DNA of 64,000 bases from Planctomycetota bacterium (GTDB lineage Bacteria; Planctomycetota; UBA1135; UBA2386), in NCBI GenBank assembly GCA_965228735.1, contig OZ245838.1, forward strand, positions 3,392,001 through 3,456,000. The letters run 5' to 3'. The translations under genes were made by a program, and so were the position numbers. Positions 1 through 9,930 of the stretch are shown here, piece after piece (position 1 is the stretch's first letter; each line of letters starts with the position of its first letter). Below the pieces are notes generated by a model. The model was not told where the DNA came from. It saw only the letters and a list, made by a program, of their open reading frames with translations, and searched no databases.

Positions 1-1302
1 GAAGACGAGACCGTCGAAGCCGCTCGGGATCGACAGCAGCCACTGCACCGAAGAGCCGCCGTGCCCCTGCGTCGCGCCGAAGTCGATCGCGGTGTAGAGC
101 GTGCACCCCGGCATGCCGAAGCCGGCGAGGCCGAGCGGCAACGGCGCGCCGTTCCAGTTCTGGTCGTCGAAGCCGAACGCGAGATAGCAGAGTCCGGCAG
201 CAGTCGGCAGGTTCGTCAGTTCGAGCGTGAACACGGAGTTGCTGCGCGGCAGCGAACCCGCGAGTGGCTGCAGCTGCGGCACGCCGCCGCTGCCCGCGCA
301 ACCCTGGCCGAACGCGAGGTAGTCGGCCTGCACGCCGCCGGCGAACTCCCACGTCTCGCGGAACCACGTCTGCAGGTTACCCGTCGCGCCGCCGTAGACG
401 ACGAGGTTCCCGGCCGGCACGTTCGCCGCGATCATCATGCCGGTGCGTGAGCTCGGCGTGCCGGACTGCAGGATGGTCCACGCGCTGCCGTCGTAGGCGA
501 ACGTGTCGGTCGAGAACGTGCCGTTGGGCGTGCGCCCGCCGTAGAGCACGCTCGCACCGGTCGCGAGGTCGAACGCCATCGCGGCGCCCATGACGCCGAG
601 GCCCGGCGTCGCGGACGGCGCCGGGCCGACCGTCGCGGTGACGTTCGTCCAGTCCACGCCGTCATACTCCCAGGTGCTCTGATCGGGCGCGCCGAACAGG
701 CTCGTGCCGCCCGTCAGCACGCAGACGTTGCGGATCGGATCGAAGCACATCGATGACCGGTAGCTCTCGCTCGGCGCGCTCGCCGTCGCCACCGACGTCC
801 AGGTCGTGCCGTCCCATTCCCAGGTGTCCGTGAGCTCGAACGGCGCATTCGGGTTCGTCGTGCCGCCGAAGAGCACGGTCACCTGCCGCGCCGAGTCGTA
901 GGCCATGACGTGGCCCTGGCGCGCCGGCGGACTCGTGGCCGGCGACGCGAGGGTCCAATCGGTCCCGTCCCACTCCCAGGTGTCACCGAGCACACCGCTC
1001 GCGCCGAGGCCGCCGAACATCACGAGTCGACCGCGCGCGACGTCGTCGGCCATCGCGTTCTCCCGGCGCGCGGGTGGTGCCGTCGCCGGCGTGAGCTGCA
1101 CCCAGTCCTGCGCGCGATAGGCCCACGTCTGCCCCAGCGCCGGCCAGCCGCCGAACTGGATCACGTCTGCGGTCACGAGGTGGCCGGCCATCGCGCCGTC
1201 GCGCACGTTGCCGGGGTCGGACGTCGTCGAAACCGGGGTCCAGGACTGGGCGGCAAGGGACGTCGCCGACAGAGCAGCGCACAGCAGAACGGGACGATTC
1301 AC
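1..1302 (-). CDS. Secreted kelch-like beta-propeller protein (TWEWDG/LFGG repeats) with C-terminal domain; 3' end runs off the window
   Basis: Not in ORF track (no stop in window). Manual translation from GTG at 1302: VNRPVLLCAALSATSLAAQ signal peptide, repeats such as MFGG..DTWEWDG and LFGG..DTWEWDG, ending at the edge as ..VQWLLSIPSGFDGLVF. Confidence 0.85.
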   Translation of the reverse strand, partial: MNRPVLLCAALSATSLAAQSWTPVSTTSDPGNVRDGAMAGHLVTADVIQFGGWPALGQTWAYRAQDWVQLTPATAPPARRENAMADDVARGRLVMFGGLGASGVLGDTWEWDGTDWTLASPATSPPARQGHVMAYDSARQVTVLFGGTTNPNAPFELTDTWEWDGTTWTSVATASAPSESYRSSMCFDPIRNVCVLTGGTSLFGAPDQSTWEYDGVDWTNVTATVGPAPSATPGLGVMGAAMAFDLATGASVLYGGRTPNGTFSTDTFAYDGSAWTILQSGTPSSRTGMMIAANVPAGNLVVYGGATGNLQTWFRETWEFAGGVQADYLAFGQGCAGSGGVPQLQPLAGSLPRSNSVFTLELTNLPTAAGLCYLAFGFDDQNWNGAPLPLGLAGFGMPGCTLYTAIDFGATQGHGGSSVQWLLSIPSGFDGLVF

Positions 1303-1311
1303 GGGTAGCCT

Positions 1312-1363
1312 CGGAGCGGTGGCACGGAGCGGTGGCACGGAGCGGTGGCACGGAGCAGTGGCA
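1312..1363. repeat. 13-bp tandem repeat CGGAGCGGTGGCA x4 (last copy has 1 mismatch)
   Basis: Read directly, just upstream of the 1..1302 start. Confidence 0.9.
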
Positions 1364-1440
1364 CGAGTTGCGACGGCACGCGTTGCGGCACCAGGATAGG
1401 GAGCCGCACCCGCGCTCGAAAGTCTCGGCTCTCGCGGCGG

Positions 1441-2529
1441 TCAATCGCCCGTGAGAGCGCCCCAGACCAGAGCCCCGAGGAAGTCCACGCAGACGGTGAG
1501 CGGCGTCAGGAGGACCTTCGTCGTGAGATCGGCGCCGGCCGTCGTCCGCCGTTCGACGTCGCGGAACTCGAGTCGCCACTCCCCACGCCAGACCGACGAC
1601 TCGGCGAGGGCCTCCGCGGCCGCCGCGGTTGCGACCGTCGGATGCACCGACCACTCGGACACGTGGGAGTAGCCACCGCGGTGGCCGCGCTGCAGCCCGG
1701 CCCACAACCACACGACGTCCGGTCGCAGGGCGTAATACTCCTGTTGCTGGCCATCGTGGACGACGGCGAGAATCCGCAGGTTGGCGAGCGCGGCCAGGCG
1801 ATCGGGCAACGGCCCGCGGCCACCGGCGGTCGGCCCGATCAGGCGCGCGGCGTGTTGCCCGTTCTGCAGCGGCCGCAGCTCGGCGTCGACCCAGCCGAGC
1901 GCCGCGAGGTGCGGGCGGCCGAGCTTCGGTCCCGGCACCCAGATCGCGGGGTCGAGCGCCAGGAGTCGTTCGGTGCAATCGACGAGCAGCTGCGGCGTGT
2001 CCCCCGGCAACACGTAGCTCTGCAGGTAGTCCATCGCCGGAACGCGGCGAACGCGTTCGAGGGCTGCGATCGACACCTCGGGCACCGCCTCGACGGTGCG
2101 CTCGGGGAACCACTGCCCCGTGAGCACGAGCTGCGCGACGCTCTGCGAGAACCACCCGTTCCGGCGCTCGCGCACGAACTCGAGCCGAACGCTCTCGCAC
2201 CGGAACGCCGCCGGATCGGACAGCAGCACGAGGGCGCTCTCCGCCTCCTCCCCCGGGCGCAAGGTCCAGGCCGATCGCGCTCCGGCGAATCCGCTCGCCG
2301 CCGGCACCTCGGCGCCTGGCGACAGTTCGGCGTCGACCGCCAACCGAGGCCCGGCGTCATCGGACTCCACGACGAGCGCGAATTCGCCGCCCGGCCCGGC
2401 GTACTGCGCCCGGATCACCTGGACGACCTCGCTACCCTGCTCCCACAGCCGCTGCGTGGCCAGGCCGCACCCCGCGGTGACGGTCAGGAGGCCCCACGCA
2501 GCCAACGTGCTGAATCGGGTGCGGATCAC
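1441..2529 (-). CDS. Hypothetical lipoprotein
   Basis: 3' part of track ORF 1441..4083; GTG start gives MIRTRFSTLAAWGLLTVTAGC (lipobox-like) and a hydrophobic C-terminus KVLLTPLTVCVDFLGALVWG; upstream part of that ORF is antisense to the dehydrogenase. Confidence 0.7.
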   Translation of the reverse strand: MIRTRFSTLAAWGLLTVTAGCGLATQRLWEQGSEVVQVIRAQYAGPGGEFALVVESDDAGPRLAVDAELSPGAEVPAASGFAGARSAWTLRPGEEAESALVLLSDPAAFRCESVRLEFVRERRNGWFSQSVAQLVLTGQWFPERTVEAVPEVSIAALERVRRVPAMDYLQSYVLPGDTPQLLVDCTERLLALDPAIWVPGPKLGRPHLAALGWVDAELRPLQNGQHAARLIGPTAGGRGPLPDRLAALANLRILAVVHDGQQQEYYALRPDVVWLWAGLQRGHRGGYSHVSEWSVHPTVATAAAAEALAESSVWRGEWRLEFRDVERRTTAGADLTTKVLLTPLTVCVDFLGALVWGALTGD

Positions 2530-2610
2530 GAGGTCCGAGCGCGATCGACGACCCGGCGTTGCGGGCTCCTCGACTCCCGCTGGCCCGAATGCCGATAGTC
2601 CGTTACGCCT

Positions 2611-3963
2611 ATGAGCGCACCCACCATGGCCGAGTCCAGCTCTCCCGCCCAAAAGCTCCAAGCCCGCATCCAGGACCGCACCGCGACGATCGGCATCGTC
2701 GGCCTCGGCTACGTCGGGCTGCCGCTGCTGCGCGCGTTCTTCCGCGCCGGCTTCCCCGTCCTCGGCTACGACGTCGACGACGAGAAGATCGCGATGCTCG
2801 AGCGCGGTGAGTCCTACCTCAAGCACCTCGGCGAGGACTTCGTCAAGGAGCTCAGCGAGTCCGACAAGTTCGCGGCGACCTCGGATCCCGCGAAGCTCGC
2901 GGACGCGGACGCGATCATCCTCTGCGTGCCGACCCCGCTCGGGCGCCACGGCGAGCCCGACATGAGCTACATCGTGAAGTCGAGCGAGATGGTGGCCAAG
3001 GTGCTCCGCCAGGGTCAGATCGTGTCGCTCGAGTCGACGACCTACCCGGGCACGACGCGCGGCGACTGCCTGCCGATCCTCGAGCGCTCCGGCCTCGTCG
3101 CGGGCGAGGACTTCTTCGTCGCCTACAGCCCGGAGCGCGAGGATCCGGGGCGGCAGGACCACAGCACCCAGACGATCCCGAAGCTCGTCGGTGGCATCTG
3201 CGAGACCAGCACGCAGCTCGGCAGCGAGCTCTACTCGACGGCGATCGAGGAGGTCGTGCCAGTCGACTCGGCCGAGGTCGCCGAGGCCGCGAAGCTGCTC
3301 GAGAACATCTACCGCTGCGTCAACATCGCGCTCGTGAACGAGCTCAAGCCCGTGCTCGCCGCGATGGGCATCGACGTCTGGAAGGTCGTGCAGGCCGCGA
3401 GCACGAAGCCGTTCGGGTTCCAGGCGTTCTACCCGGGCCCCGGACTCGGCGGACACTGCATCCCGATCGATCCGTACTACCTCACGTGGAAGGCCAAGGA
3501 GTTCGGCCACCACACGCGGTTCATCGAGCTCGCGGGCGAGATCAACAACTCGATGCCGGGCTACGTGATCAAGCGCACGGCCGCGGGGCTCAACGACGCC
3601 GGCAAACCGCTGCGCGGCAGCAAGGTGCTCGTGATCGGTCTGGCGTACAAGCCCGACGTCGACGACGTGCGCGAGACCCCGGCAGCGGAGATCATCAAGC
3701 AGCTGTTCGAGCACGGTGCGGACGTGAGCTACCACGACCCGCACGTGCCGCTGTTCGCCGGGATGCGGAAGTACATGGAATATCGCATGCACTCGACGCC
3801 GCTGACGGAAGCGACCGTCAAGGCCGCGGATTGCGTCCTGATCGTGACCAACCACCGGGCGATCGATTGGAAAATGATCGCGGAGCATGCAACGCTCGTC
3901 GTCGATTCGCGCAATGCGATGCATGAGCACCTTCCGATCCGCGGCAGCTACGTGCAGGCGTGA
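2611..3963 (+). CDS. wbpA: Nucleotide-sugar dehydrogenase, UDP-N-acetylhexosamine 6-dehydrogenase (WbpA/WecC family)
   Basis: Rossmann GLGYVG, ESTTYPGTT, YSPEREDPG, catalytic GPGLGGHCIPIDP, GLAYKPDVDDVRE; exact substrate not determinable. Confidence 0.9.
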   Translation: MSAPTMAESSSPAQKLQARIQDRTATIGIVGLGYVGLPLLRAFFRAGFPVLGYDVDDEKIAMLERGESYLKHLGEDFVKELSESDKFAATSDPAKLADADAIILCVPTPLGRHGEPDMSYIVKSSEMVAKVLRQGQIVSLESTTYPGTTRGDCLPILERSGLVAGEDFFVAYSPEREDPGRQDHSTQTIPKLVGGICETSTQLGSELYSTAIEEVVPVDSAEVAEAAKLLENIYRCVNIALVNELKPVLAAMGIDVWKVVQAASTKPFGFQAFYPGPGLGGHCIPIDPYYLTWKAKEFGHHTRFIELAGEINNSMPGYVIKRTAAGLNDAGKPLRGSKVLVIGLAYKPDVDDVRETPAAEIIKQLFEHGADVSYHDPHVPLFAGMRKYMEYRMHSTPLTEATVKAADCVLIVTNHRAIDWKMIAEHATLVVDSRNAMHEHLPIRGSYVQA

Positions 3964-4000
3964 GCCCTGCCGTGGCCGGCCAGGCCGTATCATGGGGCGC

Positions 4001-4762
4001 ATGGCCGCCTCCCTGCGAACTCTGGCGCTCCCCACCGTTCTCGCGCTGATCGCCGCCAGCGCGAACCTGACGGCGCAGCGCATTCACCCCCAGTTCCGTT
4101 TCGAGTTCGGCGTCGCCCCGGGCTGGGCGTTCCACGACACGGACGGCAGCAACGCCGACGGCGACACGTCCGGCGCCCTGCTGCGGGCCCGCTTCGAAGG
4201 CGTCGGCCGCAGCGGCTTCGGCGGCGGCATCCGCTTCGAGAACTGGGGCTCGGACGACGACCTGTTCGTCGACGAGGGTTTCGCCGCGGAGGAGTCGCGC
4301 GCGTTCGCGATCTTCCCGCACTTCACCTACCGCATCGTCCAGGGCCGATTCCGTGCGCCGATCCGCGTCGGCATCATGGCCCACAACTACGAGCTCGAGA
4401 ACGTCGCGACGGGCCAGACGACCCTCGAGGTCGACTCGTTCGGCCCGCGCGTCGAGATCGCGCCCGAGTTCGTCCTGCACCACGGCCGCCATGTGCAGCT
4501 GTCGGCCTACGGCGAGTTCGGTTTCGCGGTCACCTACTCCGAAGCCGAGGTGCAGGGCTTCTCGAACGACTTCGACTCGTCGTCCGGCTTCCTGTTCCTC
4601 GAACTCGGCATGCGTACGCGCTTCGACTTCTTCGAGATCGGCGCCGCGTTCGTGACGCAAGGCATGTTCATGGCCGAGAGCGACATCGAAAACAACACCA
4701 TCGTCAACGGCTTCGACGCGAACTTCACCGGCTTCGTCTTCACCGGCGCATTCGTCTTTTGA
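4001..4762 (+). CDS. Putative outer-membrane beta-barrel protein
   Basis: Signal peptide MAASLRTLALPTVLALIAASANLTAQ, alternating aromatic/Gly strands, C-terminal ..FVFTGAFVF (terminal Phe); start 3992 or 4001. Confidence 0.7.
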   Translation: MAASLRTLALPTVLALIAASANLTAQRIHPQFRFEFGVAPGWAFHDTDGSNADGDTSGALLRARFEGVGRSGFGGGIRFENWGSDDDLFVDEGFAAEESRAFAIFPHFTYRIVQGRFRAPIRVGIMAHNYELENVATGQTTLEVDSFGPRVEIAPEFVLHHGRHVQLSAYGEFGFAVTYSEAEVQGFSNDFDSSSGFLFLELGMRTRFDFFEIGAAFVTQGMFMAESDIENNTIVNGFDANFTGFVFTGAFVF

Positions 4763-4768
4763 CCCCCG

Positions 4769-5542
4769 TCAGCTGACGAAACGGTACTTCACGATCGCCC
4801 AGAGCGCGGCCACGCCGTCGCGCCAGGTGATCTTCTTCCCTTCGCTGTACTTGCGGCCCTGGTAGCGGATCGGCACCTCCCAGATCCGCACCGGCAGCTT
4901 CGCGACCTTGGCCGTGACCTCGGGCTCGACCGTGAAGCGCTTGCTGTGGATCACGATCTGCTGCAGCACTTCGCGACGGAAGCACTTGTAGCACGTCTCC
5001 ATGTCCGTGAGGTTGAGGCCCGTGAACAGGTTGCTGAAGAACGTCAGGACCCGGTTGCCGAAGTAGTGATAGAACTGGTCGCGCTCGCGCCCCGGGTCGC
5101 GGTCATCGACGAGGTAGCGCGAGCCGTAGACGACATCAGAGACGCCCGTGAGGATCGGCTCGATCAGCGTCGGATAGTCGGCCGGGTCGTACTCGAGGTC
5201 GGCGTCCTGCACGACGACGACGTCGCCCTTGGCCGCCAAAAAGCCGGTTCGCAGGGCGGCGCCCTTGCCCTTGTTCCGCTCGTGCTCGATGACGTGCAGC
5301 TCCGGGTGCGCCGCGGCGAGCTCTTTGAGGATCTTGCGGCTGTCGTCCACGCTGCCGTCGTCGACGAGCACGATCTCCTTCGGGATATCGACCGCGCGGA
5401 CGGCGGCGACGATCTCGCGCAGCGTCGCCTCCTCGTTGTAGACGGGCATCACGACGCTGAGCAGGAAGCCATCCGGCAGCGGCGGCTTCGCGCCATGCTG
5501 CGGTGGCGGCGCGTTCGGGTCGGGGCTCGAAGGAGGACTCAC
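4769..5542 (-). CDS. Glycosyltransferase family 2 (polyprenol-phosphate glycosyltransferase, DPM1-like)
   Basis: LSVVMPVYNE, VDDGSVD, NKGKGAA, QDADLEYDP, VYGSR, LTDMETCYK, EGKKITWRDG. Confidence 0.92.
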   Translation of the reverse strand: MSPPSSPDPNAPPPQHGAKPPLPDGFLLSVVMPVYNEEATLREIVAAVRAVDIPKEIVLVDDGSVDDSRKILKELAAAHPELHVIEHERNKGKGAALRTGFLAAKGDVVVVQDADLEYDPADYPTLIEPILTGVSDVVYGSRYLVDDRDPGRERDQFYHYFGNRVLTFFSNLFTGLNLTDMETCYKCFRREVLQQIVIHSKRFTVEPEVTAKVAKLPVRIWEVPIRYQGRKYSEGKKITWRDGVAALWAIVKYRFVS

Positions 5543-6969
5543 GAGGGGTCCGCAGTGTGCCCGGTCGCCCGGTCATCGGCAACACCGCGCGCGATCGCCG
5601 CGAGCAGCACGACGGCCACGGGCAGGAGCTGGAACGTGACGCGCCGGTGCGACGTGTCGAGATGGAAGCGCAGCTCGAGGAAGCTGCCGACGTAGACGAG
5701 GTGCAACCCGACGAGCGCGCCGAGCAGCGCGAGCGTCGGGACCGCGAGTGACCCGAGCGTGATCCGCGGCACCAGCACGAGCGCGAACAGAACGAGCGCG
5801 AACGCCGCGTGCGTGTGATCGAGCGCGAGCAGCGCATGGCAGGCCTCGAGGATCAGCGCCGGCACGCGCTCGGGCCATTGCTCCGCCATCAGCTCGAACA
5901 TCGACTTGCCCGTCGGATTGTGGCCGAACAGGTCGCTCTGCAGACCGAAGCGGCGGTTCCACATCGCCGTGTTCAGCACAACGGCGGCCGCCGGCAGCAG
6001 CGCGAGCAGATCGAGTGGTCGATGCCGCGCCGCCGCGCCCGCGACAGCGCGCGCCGGGCCAAACCGCCGCAGCCCGGCCGCACACGACGCCGCGATCGCG
6101 AGGCTCACGAGGTAGAGCATCGGCTCGTTCTTCGACCACAACGCGAACGCGAGACCGAGCCCGGCGAGCCCGAGCATCGCACGGTCGCCCGTCGCGCGGA
6201 ACCGCAACCAGCCGTCGAGCAGCACGACGAGTCCGAGCGCGACCATGCCGTCCGCGTAGGCGGTGCGGCACAGGTTCTGGAACTCCGGTTCGAGCAGCAC
6301 GAGGCTCGCGAACACCGCAGCCATCCAGGCCGGCAGCAGCCGCCGCACCGCACCCGCGACCGCGACGAACAACGCCACGTCGCACAGCTGCACGAGCCAG
6401 CGGTTCTCGAACTGCACGAACCCGGGGTCGAGCAGCGTGTAGACCCAGGCCTGCAGCCAGGGGTTGAGCCGCGGATAGTCGGGGTGCAGGTTGTGCACCT
6501 GTGCTGCGCCGAAGCCGTCGCCCCAGTCGACGAGCAGTGACTTCGCCTGCAGCGACCAGATGTTGCCCTCGTCGCCCTCGACGCACGGCCGATCGAGGCC
6601 CGCGAGCGCAAACCACACGGCCAGTCCGGCGCCGAGCGCGACGAAGACCGCGTAGCCGACGATCTGCTGCCGCTCCGCGGGCGCGGCACCCGCGTCCGGT
6701 GCGCGGCTGCGGCGCCGCAGCCACGCAGCCGTGAACAGCACGAGCGCGAGCCCGATCGGCGCGGCCAACGGGAACCCCGCCGCCCACAGTCCGCCGACCT
6801 CACGCGTGACGCGCAGCACGACAGAGAGCAGCAGGCACCCGACGAGCCAGCACCACGCGGGGTAGGCGATCGGGTCGCGGCGCCAGCGAATGCCGAGCAG
6901 CACGAGCGCGGCGACGCCGAGCAGCGCCGGCGTCGCGACGGCCACGAACCGCATCGCGAAGCCGTCCAT
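5539..6969 (-). CDS. Polytopic membrane protein, GT-C-like (ArnT/PMT-type) glycosyltransferase
   Basis: ATG at 6969 (TGATG coupling to upstream gene); many TM segments; GDEGNIWSLQAK, HPDYP, YADG, WSKNE motifs. Confidence 0.65.
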   Translation of the reverse strand: MDGFAMRFVAVATPALLGVAALVLLGIRWRRDPIAYPAWCWLVGCLLLSVVLRVTREVGGLWAAGFPLAAPIGLALVLFTAAWLRRRSRAPDAGAAPAERQQIVGYAVFVALGAGLAVWFALAGLDRPCVEGDEGNIWSLQAKSLLVDWGDGFGAAQVHNLHPDYPRLNPWLQAWVYTLLDPGFVQFENRWLVQLCDVALFVAVAGAVRRLLPAWMAAVFASLVLLEPEFQNLCRTAYADGMVALGLVVLLDGWLRFRATGDRAMLGLAGLGLAFALWSKNEPMLYLVSLAIAASCAAGLRRFGPARAVAGAAARHRPLDLLALLPAAAVVLNTAMWNRRFGLQSDLFGHNPTGKSMFELMAEQWPERVPALILEACHALLALDHTHAAFALVLFALVLVPRITLGSLAVPTLALLGALVGLHLVYVGSFLELRFHLDTSHRRVTFQLLPVAVVLLAAIARGVADDRATGHTADPS

Positions 6970-7538
6970 CACTGCGGCCCGAGCCAGCGCCACAGCCGCA
7001 GCCGGGCGCCGCCACCGATCGACTCGGTGTGCAGGAGTTCGTAGCGGCCGCCGATCGCGAGCACGGCGTCGCCCTGCGTGCCGTCGAGCACGAGCAGTCG
7101 ACCGGCGAGCGCGGGCTCGAGCTTCTCGAGCAGCGGCGGTGCTCCGCTCGCGAAGTGCACGTCGCGCGGCCTCGGGTAGAGCAGGTTCTTCGTGCGTTCG
7201 AACTGCAGCCGCAGCAGGAACTCGAGGTCCGTCCCGACGTAGGGACTGTAGAGCACGAGTCGGCCGCCATCGGGCAACGCCTCGCGGACGGCGGTGACGA
7301 ACGCCGGACCGATGCCCGTCACGCGTTGGATGCGTTCGGCGGCCGGCAGCGTCACGCCCCGTCGGACGGCGGGCGCGATGTTCGCCGCAGCACTCCACGT
7401 CGCGGGCACCAGGACCGGCAGCCGTACGAGCACGACGATCGCGAGCAGGACCAGCCACACCAGCGTCGCTCCGCGAACGCGCGGGCCATCGGTCGCGGTG
7501 GCCGCCGCGTTCGGGTCTGACTCAGACGGATCGGTCAC
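6969..7538 (-). CDS. Hypothetical membrane-anchored protein
   Basis: GTG start overlapping the TetR end; N-terminal TM LVWLVLLAIVVLVRL; stop overlaps next start. Confidence 0.65.
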   Translation of the reverse strand: MTDPSESDPNAAATATDGPRVRGATLVWLVLLAIVVLVRLPVLVPATWSAAANIAPAVRRGVTLPAAERIQRVTGIGPAFVTAVREALPDGGRLVLYSPYVGTDLEFLLRLQFERTKNLLYPRPRDVHFASGAPPLLEKLEPALAGRLLVLDGTQGDAVLAIGGRYELLHTESIGGGARLRLWRWLGPQ

Positions 7539-8241
7539 GGAAGTCGTACTCGCTGCGGGGCGCCGCGCCGGCATCGTCACCGGCACCGGCCGCGCCAGCC
7601 GCGCCCGTGGCGTATCGCGCGACGAGGGCCCGCGCCAGTTCTTCCTCGTCGCAGTGCGCCTCGACGTCCGCGGGCGCCGTCTGCCACTGCTCGAGCACAC
7701 CGTAGACCGCACCCGCGAGCACGAACGCGGCCGCCGCCGGATCGGCGCAGAACAGCGTCCCGTCGCGCCCACCCTCGACGAGCAGATCGCGCAGCCGACC
7801 GCGCAGCCAGCGCTGCTCCTGCCGCGGGTCGTCGCGCAGCCGCGCCGTGAACCGCCCGCGCAGTTCGGTCGCGAGCACGCGCAGCAGCTGGGTGGCCTCG
7901 CGTTCGCGGAAGTGGAAGCCGAGGTAGCTGCTGAGGAACTGTCGCAGCGCGGCGCGGGCGCTCGGGTCCGCGCCGGCTCCGGGGCTGGCTCCGGAACTGG
8001 CTCGTTGGGCCGCGGCGAGCGGCAGCTGCAGCCGCCGGCGCCGCTGCTCGCGCCAGTGGTCGATCACCGCGAAGAACAGGTCCTCCTTGCCCGCGAAGTG
8101 GAAGTAGACGCCGCCCTTCGTGACGCCCGCGCGCCGCGCGATCACGTCGAGCCGCGCGCCGCTGTAGCCCGCCGCCGCGAACTCCACGGTCGCCGCAGCG
8201 ATCAGGCGGTCGCGCAGCTCGGGGTCCTGCAGGCGCGGCAT
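7522..8241 (-). CDS. TetR/AcrR family transcriptional regulator
   Basis: HTH: AATVEFAAAGYSGARLDVIARRAGVTKGGVYFHFAGKEDLF. Confidence 0.92.
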   Translation of the reverse strand: MPRLQDPELRDRLIAAATVEFAAAGYSGARLDVIARRAGVTKGGVYFHFAGKEDLFFAVIDHWREQRRRRLQLPLAAAQRASSGASPGAGADPSARAALRQFLSSYLGFHFREREATQLLRVLATELRGRFTARLRDDPRQEQRWLRGRLRDLLVEGGRDGTLFCADPAAAAFVLAGAVYGVLEQWQTAPADVEAHCDEEELARALVARYATGAAGAAGAGDDAGAAPRSEYDFRDRSV

Positions 8242-8259
8242 CGTTCGGACCTCGGCCGC

Positions 8260-9903
8260 CTACCTCGGCAGGTAGAAGTTCTCGCGCTCGTACTTCGGCA
8301 GGTAGAAGTCGACGAGGAACGGGTTCCACGCGCGCTCTTCCTGCGCGAACTGATCCATGTCCATGTAGACGACCGCGAGGTCCATCGTCTGCTCCTCCTG
8401 CAGATCGACGGGCTGCACGCGCAGGCCGCTGCGCTCCTCGTAGGGTACGAGCGGCACGATCTTGCCGTCCTCGCCGTCGTCCATGCGCAAGACGATCGCC
8501 CGCGCGCGCCGCATCACGTAGACGCGGTTCTCCTCGTTGCGCTTCATGATCGCCGCGAGGTGGATCGAGAACACTTCCGACGTCGTCGTCAGCGCCGACA
8601 TGAACTCGGACTTGAACTCCGGATCCGGCAGGTTTTCGAAGTCCTCGACCTGCTCGAGGTCGGCGACGGTCTCGAAGACCTTGTACTTCTGCTCGTCGCC
8701 GAGCCGCATGTCACCGAAGTCGTTGATGTCGGTCGTCGTGCCGTCCTCGAACTCGGCCTCCATCGCCTCTTCGTCGACCTCGTTGCGGTAGCGCAGGATC
8801 GAACGCAGCACGCGGTCCGGCATCTTGTCGCGCGGGAACAGCGCGCGCAGCACCGGATAGGTCGCGGTGTTGATGTTGATGCGGATGCCCTCGCCATACG
8901 GCTCGGTGGGCATGCGCGACTGACCTTCGCCGCCTTCGCCGCCGCTGCCCTCCGCGTTCTGCGAACCGGGCGCGCCCTCGCCGCCCTCCTCACCCCCGGC
9001 CGCGATCTCAGGCGGCGTCTCGCCGCGCGCCTGCGCTTCGAGCCGTTGCCGTTCGACCTTCTCCGGATCGCCGGGATCGACGCCGAGCGAGGTCCAGATC
9101 GTCAGCACCGACTCGAGACCGAGGTAGACCTTGCCGTCGAGGACGAAGTCGTAGAACAGCTCCTCCGTGACCGTCGGCAGGATGAGCAGCTCGTCGAGGT
9201 GCAGCGGGATCGAGATCCCGGCCTGCGTCGGGTCGTCGGTCTTGAGGCGCGGGCGCGGCAGCATCTCGGTGTCCTGCCGGTTCACCCAGTCGGTGAGCTC
9301 GGTCACGATGAGCTGCGCGTCGCTGCTCGAGATGTCGAACTGCGTGTCCTCGCGCAACACGTCGATGAGTCGCACGAGCCGATCGCGCGAGAACTCGGCG
9401 AACTCCTCGTCCGGACTCCACAGCGCGAGGATGTTGAACTTGCGGTTCTCGTCCTCGACCCACGTGTAGGTCGTGATGTCGTTGTCCGCGGCGCCGATCG
9501 GGTTGTACCAGGCGTCGCGGCTGCAGTCGCAGACACTCGCCGGGTCCGGCGGTTCTTCCTCTTCGCCGCCCTCGCCTCCGAGGCCGCCTTCGCCGCCCTC
9601 GCCGCCCTCGCCGCCGGGCAGCCCGCCGCCCTCGCCACCCATGCCGAGTCCGCCGCCACCGCCTTCCTCGGACGCCGCCGCGCCCTGCATGTCCGTCAGC
9701 AGCTGGTCCTGCGCCTCGACGAGCTGATAGCGCATCTGGTTGCGCATGCGCGCGAGCAGCGCGTCGTTCTCGCCGGTCGCGCGGATCATGCGGCCCGTCA
9801 CGACGAGCTCCGCCACGAGGATGTAGAGCAGGATCGCGAAGATCAGCGTGAGCACGAGGGCGACCCCGCGCTCGTTCTCGGGCCAGTGGGAGCGGTCTCT
9901 CAT
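8260..9903 (-). CDS. gspK: Type II secretion minor pseudopilin GspK-like protein
   Basis: Prepilin-type N-terminus ERG|VALVLTLIFAILL, EDENRKFNI, LDELLILP, RININTA..VLRAL motifs; Gly/Glu-rich insertions. Confidence 0.75.
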   Translation of the reverse strand: MRDRSHWPENERGVALVLTLIFAILLYILVAELVVTGRMIRATGENDALLARMRNQMRYQLVEAQDQLLTDMQGAAASEEGGGGGLGMGGEGGGLPGGEGGEGGEGGLGGEGGEEEEPPDPASVCDCSRDAWYNPIGAADNDITTYTWVEDENRKFNILALWSPDEEFAEFSRDRLVRLIDVLREDTQFDISSSDAQLIVTELTDWVNRQDTEMLPRPRLKTDDPTQAGISIPLHLDELLILPTVTEELFYDFVLDGKVYLGLESVLTIWTSLGVDPGDPEKVERQRLEAQARGETPPEIAAGGEEGGEGAPGSQNAEGSGGEGGEGQSRMPTEPYGEGIRININTATYPVLRALFPRDKMPDRVLRSILRYRNEVDEEAMEAEFEDGTTTDINDFGDMRLGDEQKYKVFETVADLEQVEDFENLPDPEFKSEFMSALTTTSEVFSIHLAAIMKRNEENRVYVMRRARAIVLRMDDGEDGKIVPLVPYEERSGLRVQPVDLQEEQTMDLAVVYMDMDQFAQEERAWNPFLVDFYLPKYERENFYLPR

Positions 9904-9930
9904 CGGGTCTTGGACGAGCAGTCTACCGCC

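Noticed and set aside
1312..1363. CRISPR array (also 47787-47838, 52490-52525)
   Set aside because: Head-to-tail 13-14-bp units without spacers; no cas genes
2530..4083. N-terminal ~520 aa of track ORF 1441..4083
   Set aside because: Antisense to the nucleotide-sugar dehydrogenase; real gene starts near 2529
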